Both the position numbers and the translations under genes were made by a program. This document shows, in pieces, positions 1 through 7,198 of a DNA stretch of 12,023 bases (position 1 is the stretch's first letter; every line of letters begins with the position of its first letter). The notes beneath the pieces were generated by a model. It saw nothing but the letters and a program-made list of their open reading frames with translations. It was not told where the DNA came from and did no database searches. The DNA lies in the UHGV virus genome UHGV-1573643. One strand, 5' to 3'. Source of the DNA: a virus.

Positions 1-545
1 TCATGCGCGTCGTGGTACTGACGATAAACATCCAGCAACAATGCAATTTCCATATCCGTCGCGGGAATACGTTCTTTATCAATAGCCAGGTACTTAATTT
101 GAACAACAGGGGAAGAATTATCGTCTTCTTCCTGCGGCTGTTCATCGCTTAACATTTCGTCAAGCTCTGCATCATTAAACCCAAGCAGATCAATATCAAA
201 ATCATCATCCATTAACTCTTTGACTTCTTCGGCCAGAAGCTGCATATCCCAGCCAGCATTTAAGGCCAGCTTGTTATCTGCAATCCTGTAAGCCTTCTTC
301 TGTTTTTCAGAAAGGTTACTCAACCGAATCGCCGGAACTTTATCCATTTCCAGAATTTCGGCTGCTGCAAGCCGACCATGCCCCGCAATCAGTTCATTCT
401 TTTCATCGATCAGCACAGGATTAGTGAAACCGAACTCACGGATACTGTTCACCAACTGTTCAACCTGCTCATCTGAATGAGTCCGTGAATTTTTGGCGTA
501 TCTGAGCAGCTTACCGACTGGTAAATATTCGATTTTTAGAGCCAT
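1..545 (-). CDS. ParB/Srx-like N-terminal domain protein, paralog 1 (partial; 3' end beyond window start)
   Basis: ATG at 545..543; open frame to position 1 with no stop (translated by hand: MALKIEYLPVGKLLRYAKNSRTHSDEQVEQLVNSIREFGFTNPVLIDEKNELIAGHGRLAAAEILEMD...). Clearly homologous to the 3212..3835 product (shared NP[VI]LIDE.N..IAGHGR.AAA, QKKAYR.ADN...LNAGWD, KIPATD). Not in ORF track because it has no in-window stop. Confidence 0.7.
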   Translation of the reverse strand, partial: MALKIEYLPVGKLLRYAKNSRTHSDEQVEQLVNSIREFGFTNPVLIDEKNELIAGHGRLAAAEILEMDKVPAIRLSNLSEKQKKAYRIADNKLALNAGWDMQLLAEEVKELMDDDFDIDLLGFNDAELDEMLSDEQPQEEDDNSSPVVQIKYLAIDKERIPATDMEIALLLDVYRQYHDAH

Positions 546-1102
546 TTTTTAACCGCCATAACACAACAGGTTAAAGAAAACTGTTTAACTTATTGATACT
601 AAAAGAGAAAAATGACGATCTTTTTACTCATAAAAAATCACACAAACCAGCATAATCATCTGATTTTATTAAGTTTTTATAAGTAAAAAGGATCTTGAGA
701 TGGTGTTTTGGTTAAAAGATTGGATGTATTTGCATGATTTATAACGATTTTTATCAGAACAACATCACATTGGTTAAAGATCTGCGCGTATCTTGATGAT
801 CTAAAAGAAAATTTTCTACTTTCTTTTTACCAGCACAAATACAGCAAAAAATCACGTTTTCCCGATATTTTTCAATGAGATGAGTAAATTTCTTTTACCG
901 CAACTTTTAACCTAACTTTTTTCACGTTTAGCTAGCCGAACATCGGGGTTCGAATGACCCGCATCCAACGCTTTTGGCCAGAAGGACCCAATTCTGCCGG
1001 ACGATGAAACGATGCTCGTGCTCCCCCACAGACAGCCAGCGAGCGACGCTACAGAACACAGTGAATACACTCTGCATAACAACACCATCAACCACACGAT
1101 GA

Positions 1103-1822
1103 TTAACGAGAGAAGGTCTTAGAAAGAATGTCATCAATAGCCTTTGTGACTTCATCAGCAAACGCATCCTCACCAGCACGCAGCGCCACGCCATGCCAAT
1201 CAAGACGCTGCGAATAGTTAGGTTGCTGGATAAACGTAAGGATCAACGTAGGACGCCGCCCAACGCGCTGCCAGACGCCTGGTTGAAGCGGGTTACTTGT
1301 ACCAGGTCGAACAACAAAAAACTCCGTAGACTTGCCCTGACGGCGATTTTGATGCGCATCTCGCTGAACTCTTAGGCCAGATAAGACCTGCTGTAATTGC
1401 CCCCGCGAAATATTCCCGTATTTGTCCAGCTTTGCGCCGGGACCAGGAGCAAGCTGCCAGCCGTTAGGCAAATATCCACCAGCCCTTAGCGCCCCTTCTG
1501 AGCGTTTGTACTGTCGTTGGCCACCTTCGATTTGCGGAGTCAACGTTACAGGGGCTGGCGTTCCTCCCCATTCACGAGCATACACAATGGCTGTAGGATC
1601 ACTCTTCTTTGCGGCCAAAACGTAAGTAGAGTTCTGAATCCACGGCGTGGGCCTGTCAAATACCCGATTAATTTCATTCTTAATCGCAGCCTGAGAAGCC
1701 TTTGCCGTTCTGGTTGCCGCAAGCGCCATTGCGAACGGCAATTCGCGTTCTTCAAGGCGCTGGAGTTGTCGTTGAATATCCTGAGAAGAAAAATCCATCT
1801 TTATCTCAATTCTGTCAGCCAC
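1103..1822 (-). CDS. hypothetical protein (239 aa), last gene of the ParB/methyltransferase operon
   Basis: ORF-track ORF; GTG start at 1822 preceded by AGGAGG (1828-1833 complement) with 5 nt spacer; starts 14 nt after the stop of the upstream fusion gene. No family recognised. Confidence 0.65.
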   Translation of the reverse strand: MADRIEIKMDFSSQDIQRQLQRLEERELPFAMALAATRTAKASQAAIKNEINRVFDRPTPWIQNSTYVLAAKKSDPTAIVYAREWGGTPAPVTLTPQIEGGQRQYKRSEGALRAGGYLPNGWQLAPGPGAKLDKYGNISRGQLQQVLSGLRVQRDAHQNRRQGKSTEFFVVRPGTSNPLQPGVWQRVGRRPTLILTFIQQPNYSQRLDWHGVALRAGEDAFADEVTKAIDDILSKTFSR

Positions 1823-1838
1823 CAGCGCCTCCTACACA

Positions 1839-3212
1839 CTACTTAATCAACGGCCGGAAAGCCGCCAGCACATCATCAGATCGTCCGATTGTTGAACCAC
1901 CAGGCAACGGCAACTCAAACTCAAAACGAACAGCTTTCTCCAGACTCGCCCAACTAAGGGAATCATCGTTAATGACGTGCAAATACCAGCTCTTACAGTT
2001 GAATATTGACCGCTTAATCCTGAAACCATGTACACGACACAACTGCTTCACTTCATCATCAGAGTGAAACTTCTGGTAAAACCAGTGCCCCTTCCGGTAC
2101 AACGCGGTAAAACCGTTATGATCAATAAAATAAAGCCGGCTTTTGGAACTCGCCGCTTGTGTTTGCTTCAGGACTGTTTCCAGCTCTCCACGGCTACGAC
2201 CAGAAAAGAATATTGACCCACCAGCTTTACACAGGCCTTTCAGAACCGTCAGAACGGACCATTCAGCCTCGACACTATCGACCGAGTTCAAAACGCTATC
2301 GCAAATCACGTAGTCGTAACGCCCTCGCGTTTTTAAGTCGTCCACCAGCGTATCAATCATTCGGTTTGTTGCAGCCCTATCCAGAGTGTTTCCAGCGCCC
2401 TTACGGCGGAAAAGCTCGAGATCATGCAGGTTATATCCCTTTGCCCTGAGCATTCGCGCGTAGTCTCCCTGCCCCGAACCAAAATCAATTCCTCTTGGCG
2501 TCTTGGCAATGATCGGGAGGATCAACGACTCATACAGATTTGATTTCAGGCTGCCACCATTACGCAACCGCATAAGCTGCGCATACGTCTGGATGTATGT
2601 TGTTTTCTCCAGATGAGAATACTCAAATACACCATAAGTTTTATTCAGATAACTTTGGTATTTTTCCTTCTCAACATCAGGGATCACAAACACCGTTAGC
2701 GGTGTGCGCGTCATTTTCGCTGCTAATGCATACTGAGCACAGTGAATAACCTCACCAGACTGAGTAGCAACACAACCACCCCACGGACCATACTTGATAA
2801 CCAGTTCCGCTATGTTCTTTCGAACATATGCCATTTTCGCGCGCATATTGCCTGAGATCTGGCTTGCCGATACCTGAACAAAACCATGCTTATCTTCCTG
2901 ACCGGACACCCTGCAACGCTCATCTCCGCTATCAAAATCCGTTCCGTTATGCAGTTGGTTAAACCGTACTTCGTCGTATACCGTCGTTTCACAGGGCAAC
3001 ACATACACCGCAGCACGCGTTATTCCCAACTTACGTAGCGCCTTCGTCCTTTGGTGTCCCGCCACCAGCAAATCGCCGCGCACTATCAATGGCTTCACAA
3101 GCCCCAGCTCCCTGACGCTTTCCGCCAGCCTCGCAAGATCATCCTCACCGATAAAACGCGGGTTATATTCCGCGCCGCGTAGGTGCGTTATGTCGTAATT
3201 GAGGTGAAGCAT
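1839..3212 (-). CDS. ParB/Srx-like N-terminal domain fused to class I SAM-dependent methyltransferase fold (about 457 aa)
   Basis: N-terminus KPLIVRGDLLVAGHQRTKALRKLGI parallels the ParB-like paralogs; C-terminal half has Rossmann MTase motif I IDFGSGQGDYARML, an acidic beta2 end (NLHDLELF) and YDYVICDSVLNSV. No DPPY/NPPY/DPPW motif, so substrate is unclear. Preferred start ATG 3212..3210 (GGAGG 9 nt upstream, TGATG overlap with upstream stop); alternative GTG at 3218. Confidence 0.8.
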   Translation of the reverse strand: MLHLNYDITHLRGAEYNPRFIGEDDLARLAESVRELGLVKPLIVRGDLLVAGHQRTKALRKLGITRAAVYVLPCETTVYDEVRFNQLHNGTDFDSGDERCRVSGQEDKHGFVQVSASQISGNMRAKMAYVRKNIAELVIKYGPWGGCVATQSGEVIHCAQYALAAKMTRTPLTVFVIPDVEKEKYQSYLNKTYGVFEYSHLEKTTYIQTYAQLMRLRNGGSLKSNLYESLILPIIAKTPRGIDFGSGQGDYARMLRAKGYNLHDLELFRRKGAGNTLDRAATNRMIDTLVDDLKTRGRYDYVICDSVLNSVDSVEAEWSVLTVLKGLCKAGGSIFFSGRSRGELETVLKQTQAASSKSRLYFIDHNGFTALYRKGHWFYQKFHSDDEVKQLCRVHGFRIKRSIFNCKSWYLHVINDDSLSWASLEKAVRFEFELPLPGGSTIGRSDDVLAAFRPLIK

Positions 3213-3835
3213 CAGCACACCTCCCCAGCCAGCAATGCGGATACAAATCCGATATAGCTGCCATTATCATCAACATAACGAGACACCGCGCAGTCAAAAC
3301 GATCCGCTTCCTCATCCGTTGCCGGGATTTTATGACCTCCAAATGACAGGTACTGAACTTTTACGCCTGATTTGGCCTCATCCTTCTCAAATGGGATATC
3401 CATACCCTCTGTGTCATCGTAGACCGCCGCACTCAATAAGTTATCCAGTTCGCGCTGAGTAAAACCAATTGAGTCCAGAGCAAAATCATCGGCCGCAAGA
3501 TCTGCAAGCTCCGCGCTTAACAGCTCTTCATCCCAACCAGCATTCAGCGGAATACGGTTGTCGGCCAGACGATATGCCTTCTTCTGATTCTCCGTTAGCC
3601 CTTCCAGAACAATGCAGGGAACATCATCCATCCCCAACTGAGTGGCCGCAGCAATTCGACCATGACCAGCAATTACAACGTTGTTCTCGTCTATCAGGAT
3701 CGGATTAGTCCATCCGTACTCCTGTATGCTGGCAACAATCTGATCTACCTGCTCCACGGAGTGTGTGCGAGCGTTCTTTTCATAACCAATCAACACAGAA
3801 AGTGGTAAAGAAACCACATTAAGATGTTTTGTCAT
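3212..3835 (-). CDS. ParB/Srx-like N-terminal domain protein, paralog 2 (207 aa)
   Basis: ORF-track ORF; motif ILIDENNVVIAGHGRIAAA and QKKAYRLADN typical of the ParB N-terminal (ParBc) fold; stop overlaps the start of the fusion gene. Confidence 0.8.
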   Translation of the reverse strand: MTKHLNVVSLPLSVLIGYEKNARTHSVEQVDQIVASIQEYGWTNPILIDENNVVIAGHGRIAAATQLGMDDVPCIVLEGLTENQKKAYRLADNRIPLNAGWDEELLSAELADLAADDFALDSIGFTQRELDNLLSAAVYDDTEGMDIPFEKDEAKSGVKVQYLSFGGHKIPATDEEADRFDCAVSRYVDDNGSYIGFVSALLAGEVC

Positions 3836-4067
3836 GCCGTTTATCCGCTAAAATCCCCTCGCTTGTGCAAGCAAGTGGGCCTCGGTTTGTATCCACGGCA
3901 CCCTGTGGGTATGAATGACTGTCGTCAGGTCGCAACTGACGGCGGTCGCCCACCTTCCAGTAATAAAAAAGCCACCAGCATTAACTCCACAGCGAGCTGG
4001 AGTTAATGAGGCAGCTTTGGTTTGCGCATTATCGCAGCCCCTGGTAAGCACAAGAGCTGCTGTAATG

Positions 4068-4099
4068 CTAAAAAAACAAAACCACCCGCAGGTGGTTTT
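4068..4099 (-). terminator. rho-independent terminator for the minus-strand moron gene
   Basis: Perfect 9 bp stem 4078-4086/4091-4099 (AAACCACC-CGCA-GGTGGTTT); on the minus strand it is followed by TTTGTTTTTT (complement of the A-run 4071-4080). Lies 28 nt after the stop at 4128. Confidence 0.65.
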
Positions 4100-4127
4100 A
4101 TAAATAAATAGCAAACAGGTATCTGCA

Positions 4128-4535
4128 CTAATCAGATAAACCAAACTTCTTCTTTGCCAATGACTTGAGAAGTTCTACACCAACATCCTTCATAACAGCC
4201 AATGGCTCATTGCTAATTTCTTTTAGTCTAGCGAAAACATCTTTGCTCTCTAGTGCACAGGCAAAATCCTGTCCCTCTGTAGTCAATCTAATATCTACAT
4301 CAACAGTCCTCATTCCTGCCAAAAAATTAACATAGCCAAGACGCAGAGGATCACGCGTTTCCATCTTCATATTGCTGATAAAACCTTGCTCAATCAATTG
4401 CATATAATGAAACATGCCCTTTTCTGAGGCTATATCAAACCCCGCGTCTCTTAGTTGATTTACTGTTATGAACGTGCTTTCTGAATCCAAAAACACAGTC
4501 AGCATCTTTTTTAGATAATCTAGATCGGTGCGCAT
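4128..4535 (-). CDS. hypothetical protein (135 aa), AT-rich moron with its own terminator
   Basis: ATG at 4535..4533 preceded by AAGGAGGG (strong SD, 5 nt spacer); visibly AT-richer than neighbours (by eye); followed by an intrinsic terminator. The ORF track's longer 4571 start lacks an SD. Confidence 0.7.
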   Translation of the reverse strand: MRTDLDYLKKMLTVFLDSESTFITVNQLRDAGFDIASEKGMFHYMQLIEQGFISNMKMETRDPLRLGYVNFLAGMRTVDVDIRLTTEGQDFACALESKDVFARLKEISNEPLAVMKDVGVELLKSLAKKKFGLSD

Positions 4536-4622
4536 TTTACCCTCCTTAAATGGAACGCAAATGTTACACAACCTTTAAAAAAAGACACATTGTTTTATTT
4601 ATGCCTCATTTTAATCGACCAA

Positions 4623-4775
4623 TTACTGCCTAAATTTATCAATAAATAATTGCTCCCGCTTACGCCGAAAAGCTCTCTGCGCCACTAAGATGCGCCACAG
4701 GACACCAGCGATAACCACCAGCGAGATACAAAAACACACGGCCACAACCATCAGAAAAATGCCAACACCATTCAT
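4623..4775 (-). CDS. small single-pass membrane protein (50 aa) with cationic C-terminal tail
   Basis: Hand translation MNGVGIFLMVVAVCFCISLVVIAGVLWRILVAQRAFRRKREQLFIDKFRQ; ATG overlaps the upstream stop as ATGA (4775..4772), indicating translational coupling. Below the 60 aa cutoff of the ORF track. Confidence 0.45.
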   Translation of the reverse strand: MNGVGIFLMVVAVCFCISLVVIAGVLWRILVAQRAFRRKREQLFIDKFRQ

Positions 4776-4978
4776 GAAACTATCCATTCTTCAATGAATA
4801 TCTCCAGTAATGTCAAGAGATACGCCGTCCCCAGCGCGGTTCCTACCGATATAGCTAAGACAAACCTCAAAGATAACGAGGTGTCTTTCGCTTTTCTCCA
4901 GACGTAAGCGCCAGCCAGAAATACCAACAAATCTCTTATTGGAAGCGGAAACCAGAACAAATCACTCGGCAAGTCCAC
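4772..4978 (-). CDS. small membrane protein (68 aa, two predicted TM segments)
   Basis: ORF-track ORF; GTG start at 4978 with GGAAGGA 8 nt upstream, embedded in the 3' end of the upstream gene; hydrophobic stretches LLVFLAGAYVW and FVLAISVGTALGTAYLLTLL. Confidence 0.5.
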   Translation of the reverse strand: MDLPSDLFWFPLPIRDLLVFLAGAYVWRKAKDTSLSLRFVLAISVGTALGTAYLLTLLEIFIEEWIVS

Positions 4979-4980
4979 GG

Positions 4981-5436
4981 TTATATCCTTCCATTCATTT
5001 TTATCGGATGACCAGATAGCCTTACGCAGTTGAGCTGTAAAGCTCCGGTATCAACTAAATAATCAACTAACATGATTAGAGATTCATATTCAGCCAGACA
5101 GCTAACCTGACGCATTCGACCGCCGTTGTTCTCCAGAATGTCGGCCACCTTTGCAGCCAACTCGCTTAGACAGGAGAACTTATTCCCATATATCGTTTTA
5201 TACTCGCGCTTCTGGCATTCTTCGGCTTGCGGCTGGTTATCGAGAGCTATCATCGACCGATAACTATCAAGGAAGTCCACAATCTCATTCAGGCACTCTT
5301 TGGCTGCCTCATCGTGACTTTTTCCGTATGCTTCATGGAGGACTTTCATCCTCATCATTGCTCCGTCACACATAATCGAAAGCGCGTAAAGCACATCACT
5401 AATCGCCATTTCTTTTTTGGTGCTTGTCGAAGGCAT
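4981..5436 (-). CDS. hypothetical protein (151 aa), first gene of a four-gene accessory cassette
   Basis: ORF-track ORF; ATG at 5436 with AAGGAG about 9 nt upstream; sits directly after an intrinsic terminator. No family recognised. Confidence 0.65.
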   Translation of the reverse strand: MPSTSTKKEMAISDVLYALSIMCDGAMMRMKVLHEAYGKSHDEAAKECLNEIVDFLDSYRSMIALDNQPQAEECQKREYKTIYGNKFSCLSELAAKVADILENNGGRMRQVSCLAEYESLIMLVDYLVDTGALQLNCVRLSGHPIKMNGRI

Positions 5437-5461
5437 CCCATGTTCTCCTTTGTCTGGATGT

Positions 5462-5487
5462 AAAAAAGCCCCGGCAATTGCCGAGGC
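5462..5487 (-). terminator. rho-independent terminator / attenuator between the two accessory cassettes
   Basis: 8 bp stem 5468-5475/5480-5487 with AATT loop; the single mismatch on the plus strand becomes a G-U wobble in minus-strand RNA; followed on the minus strand by UUUUUU (complement of 5462-5467). 24 nt after the stop at 5511. Confidence 0.6.
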
Positions 5488-5510
5488 TCGTTGTTCGTTA
5501 TCGTTACGGT

Positions 5511-5708
5511 TTAATGCTCGCGTCGTCCGGCGACAACTTCGGATTTGTATTTCAGATCGCCCAGCAAGAATTGCAGTTTAAGCATCTTTGCCGCCGTGTA
5601 GTTCCCTGATTCCACAACCTCTTTCATGAGGTCATAAACGGCCGCTACATCATCAGCCAGGAACTCTTTGCGTTGCTGCTCAGTCGCACGTTTGAAGGAA
5701 ATACGCAT
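5511..5708 (-). CDS. hypothetical small protein (65 aa), second gene of an overlapping pair
   Basis: ATG 5708..5706 overlaps the upstream TGA (5710..5708) as TGATG; ORF-track ORF (listed from alternative GTG at 5711). Confidence 0.55.
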   Translation of the reverse strand: MRISFKRATEQQRKEFLADDVAAVYDLMKEVVESGNYTAAKMLKLQFLLGDLKYKSEVVAGRREH

Positions 5709-5977
5709 CACTCATCATCTCCTGCCGCACATACAACCTCACAAAAAACATCAGCGGAATGTTTCTTCTTGAATGAATGACGCTCAAAACCGCACTCAAT
5801 ATCAGGCGCAAAAACATCCACCACATACGGTCTTTCAGAATGTTGGTTTTCCCAACGATAAACCGTAGTGACGTTGAAATGTTTTAACGCTTCACGGAAC
5901 TCAACGCTGCCCGTCAGGTTTTTTGAGGTCAGGTATTGCAGGAGGTTTTTTACTACTTCACGGTCTTGTACTTTCAT
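5708..5977 (-). CDS. hypothetical small protein (89 aa), first gene of an overlapping pair
   Basis: ORF-track ORF; ATG at 5977 with GGAGA 7 nt upstream; about 90 nt downstream of AT-rich motif copy A. Confidence 0.6.
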   Translation of the reverse strand: MKVQDREVVKNLLQYLTSKNLTGSVEFREALKHFNVTTVYRWENQHSERPYVVDVFAPDIECGFERHSFKKKHSADVFCEVVCAAGDDE

Positions 5978-6063
5978 CGGGTTATCTCCGGTTTAACCAG
6001 GGCGGGTATCGCTCGGTTTCGGGTATAACCTTAGGAATTTTTTTCCCACCTGTAAAGCACTTT

Positions 6064-6093
6064 TTATATAAATCTATAATTATATAATTCTAT
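6064..6093 (-). promoter_or_regulatory. AT-rich palindromic motif, copy A (candidate promoter/operator)
   Basis: TATATAAATCTATAATTATATAATTCTAT; contains the perfect palindrome AATTATATAATT; overlaps the stop of the MT-A70 gene and lies upstream of the 5977 start. Related copies at 7199-7233 and 11868-11893. Confidence 0.45.
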
Positions 6094-6677
6094 GGCACTT
6101 GCCAGAGAGCATCATGCAACTGGATACCTCCGTTGCACTGGTTGCCCCAGCCATGCCAGCCATCAGGTAAATCACCGCGAGCAAACAGCTCAATACGAGG
6201 AACATCACCTAACAGTCTTACCAGCTTGTCACGAACCACATCAGGCTTCCGTGAATGTTCCAGACGAGGCGATGTAAACGACTGAATGATCCCCGCATCA
6301 AGGCGGGTCGGCAGTTTGCCTTTTACCGCAAACAAGCAATCTTCACTGTTCGCACGAGTCATATGCCCCATCCCCATCACCAGCTTATCTGGCTGTCGGC
6401 TACCACATTTGTTCCATGTGAAGCCCTTCATGGTCATAAGCCTGAACCCCCATGCTTTCACCACCAGCAACGCTTCTTCTGGCTGAGTCGGAACCCACCA
6501 CATGGCCAACAAACACGATTCAGGATTAGCAAGTTGCCAGACAGGAATACGAGCAATCTCCTCAGCTTTCATCGTTGGATACTTAAAACCAGCTCCACGA
6601 TTCCCATCCTTACACTTGTCTTTGTATTCCCAGGGGGGATCTGCATAAATCAGATTAAACAATGCAATTGCCTCCAT
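6090..6677 (-). CDS. MT-A70 family N6-adenine DNA methyltransferase (195 aa)
   Basis: N-terminal motif LIYADPPWEY (DPPW catalytic motif of the MT-A70 family); ATG at 6677 with GGAGG upstream. Confidence 0.8.
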   Translation of the reverse strand: MEAIALFNLIYADPPWEYKDKCKDGNRGAGFKYPTMKAEEIARIPVWQLANPESCLLAMWWVPTQPEEALLVVKAWGFRLMTMKGFTWNKCGSRQPDKLVMGMGHMTRANSEDCLFAVKGKLPTRLDAGIIQSFTSPRLEHSRKPDVVRDKLVRLLGDVPRIELFARGDLPDGWHGWGNQCNGGIQLHDALWQVP

Positions 6678-6986
6678 GTTAGTTGTGCCTCCGGCGCTTA
6701 TCTCCGGCAGTCATAACGCTGGCCAGCTCTACAGCAAACACAACGAAAAGGGCACTAACCAGACTGATTAATGCCCTTGCCTGTTGTGTGCCGGATATCG
6801 CCCGACAACGCTGTTTTGGTAACACGGCTACAGTTCCGTGCCGCTCCAGCTTTTACCCCTTTGCGGATAACAGGCCCTGCCTGTAACTTAGCCCCACGTT
6901 CGCCCGAAATGCGCACCAGGCACGCATAAAGATGAGCACGAAGGAAGTAACTCCACCGCGCTTATCTTTATGTGTGAGAGTGAATT

Positions 6987-7061
6987 GGTGGCCCCTACCG
7001 GATTTGAACCGATGACCGTGCGATTATGAGTCGCCTGCTCTAACCACTGAGCTAAGGGGCC
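6987..7061 (-). tRNA. tRNA with CAU anticodon (Met, or lysidine-modified Ile2-type)
   Basis: Minus-strand sequence GGCCCCTTAGCTCAGTGGTTAGAGCAGGCGACTCATAATCGCACGGTCATCGGTTCAAATCCGGTAGGGGCCACCA folds as a cloverleaf: 7 bp acceptor stem GGCCCCT/AGGGGCC, D-arm GCTC/GAGC, anticodon loop CTCATAA, T-loop TTCAAAT, encoded CCA. The 5' half matches my recollection of E. coli ileX (not searched). Confidence 0.85.
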
Positions 7062-7067
7062 ATATTT

Positions 7068-7157
7068 GATCTGTTTGTCTGGTGTGGCGCCGCGCACGAA
7101 AATCCCAGCCAATAAATTCAGGATTTTTGGGCGCGGCGGCATATCAGACAAACATGG
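7068..7157 (-). other. long imperfect inverted repeat immediately 5' of the tRNA
   Basis: Arms about 36 nt (7068-7106 vs 7121-7157) with about 5 mismatches and a 14-15 nt loop (CAGCCAATAAATTCA); outer parts TGTTTGTCTG/CAGACAAACA and the GC-rich core pair. Confidence 0.5.
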
Positions 7158-7198
7158 TTGATGCGTGCGCTCATGAGAAAAGCGCATAGAATGTTGTA

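Noticed and set aside
940-960. tRNA-like T-loop sequence GGGGTTCGAATGACCC
   Set aside because: Resembles a T-arm but the 3' stem does not pair correctly and no acceptor or anticodon arm can be built around it; at most a degraded tRNA/att remnant, not a gene.
928-1203. 91 aa minus-strand ORF overlapping the end of the 239 aa gene
   Set aside because: Alternative frame of a much longer well-supported gene; no independent start signal.
1193-2449. Plus-strand ORFs antisense to the 239 aa and ParB-methyltransferase genes (1193-1375, 1422-1625, 1517-1846, 1702-2067, 2028-2216, 2159-2449)
   Set aside because: Each lies entirely within a longer minus-strand gene that has recognisable motifs; the plus-strand products are low-complexity and unrecognisable.
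3848-4144. 98 aa minus-strand ORF, plus the plus-strand ORFs 3824-4006 and 3915-4103
   Set aside because: The minus ORF begins inside the 3' end of the moron gene and reads through its terminator hairpin; none has an SD; the region is better explained as terminator plus promoter/UTR.
6092-6716. Plus-strand ORFs 6092-6277, 6255-6716 and 6286-6486 antisense to the MT-A70 gene
   Set aside because: The minus-strand frame carries the DPPW methyltransferase motif; the antisense ORFs are Cys/His/Pro-rich frame artefacts.
6888-7187. 99 aa minus-strand ORF from the ORF track
   Set aside because: It runs straight through the tRNA gene (6987-7061) and the large inverted repeat; the coding appearance is an artefact of structured RNA sequence.
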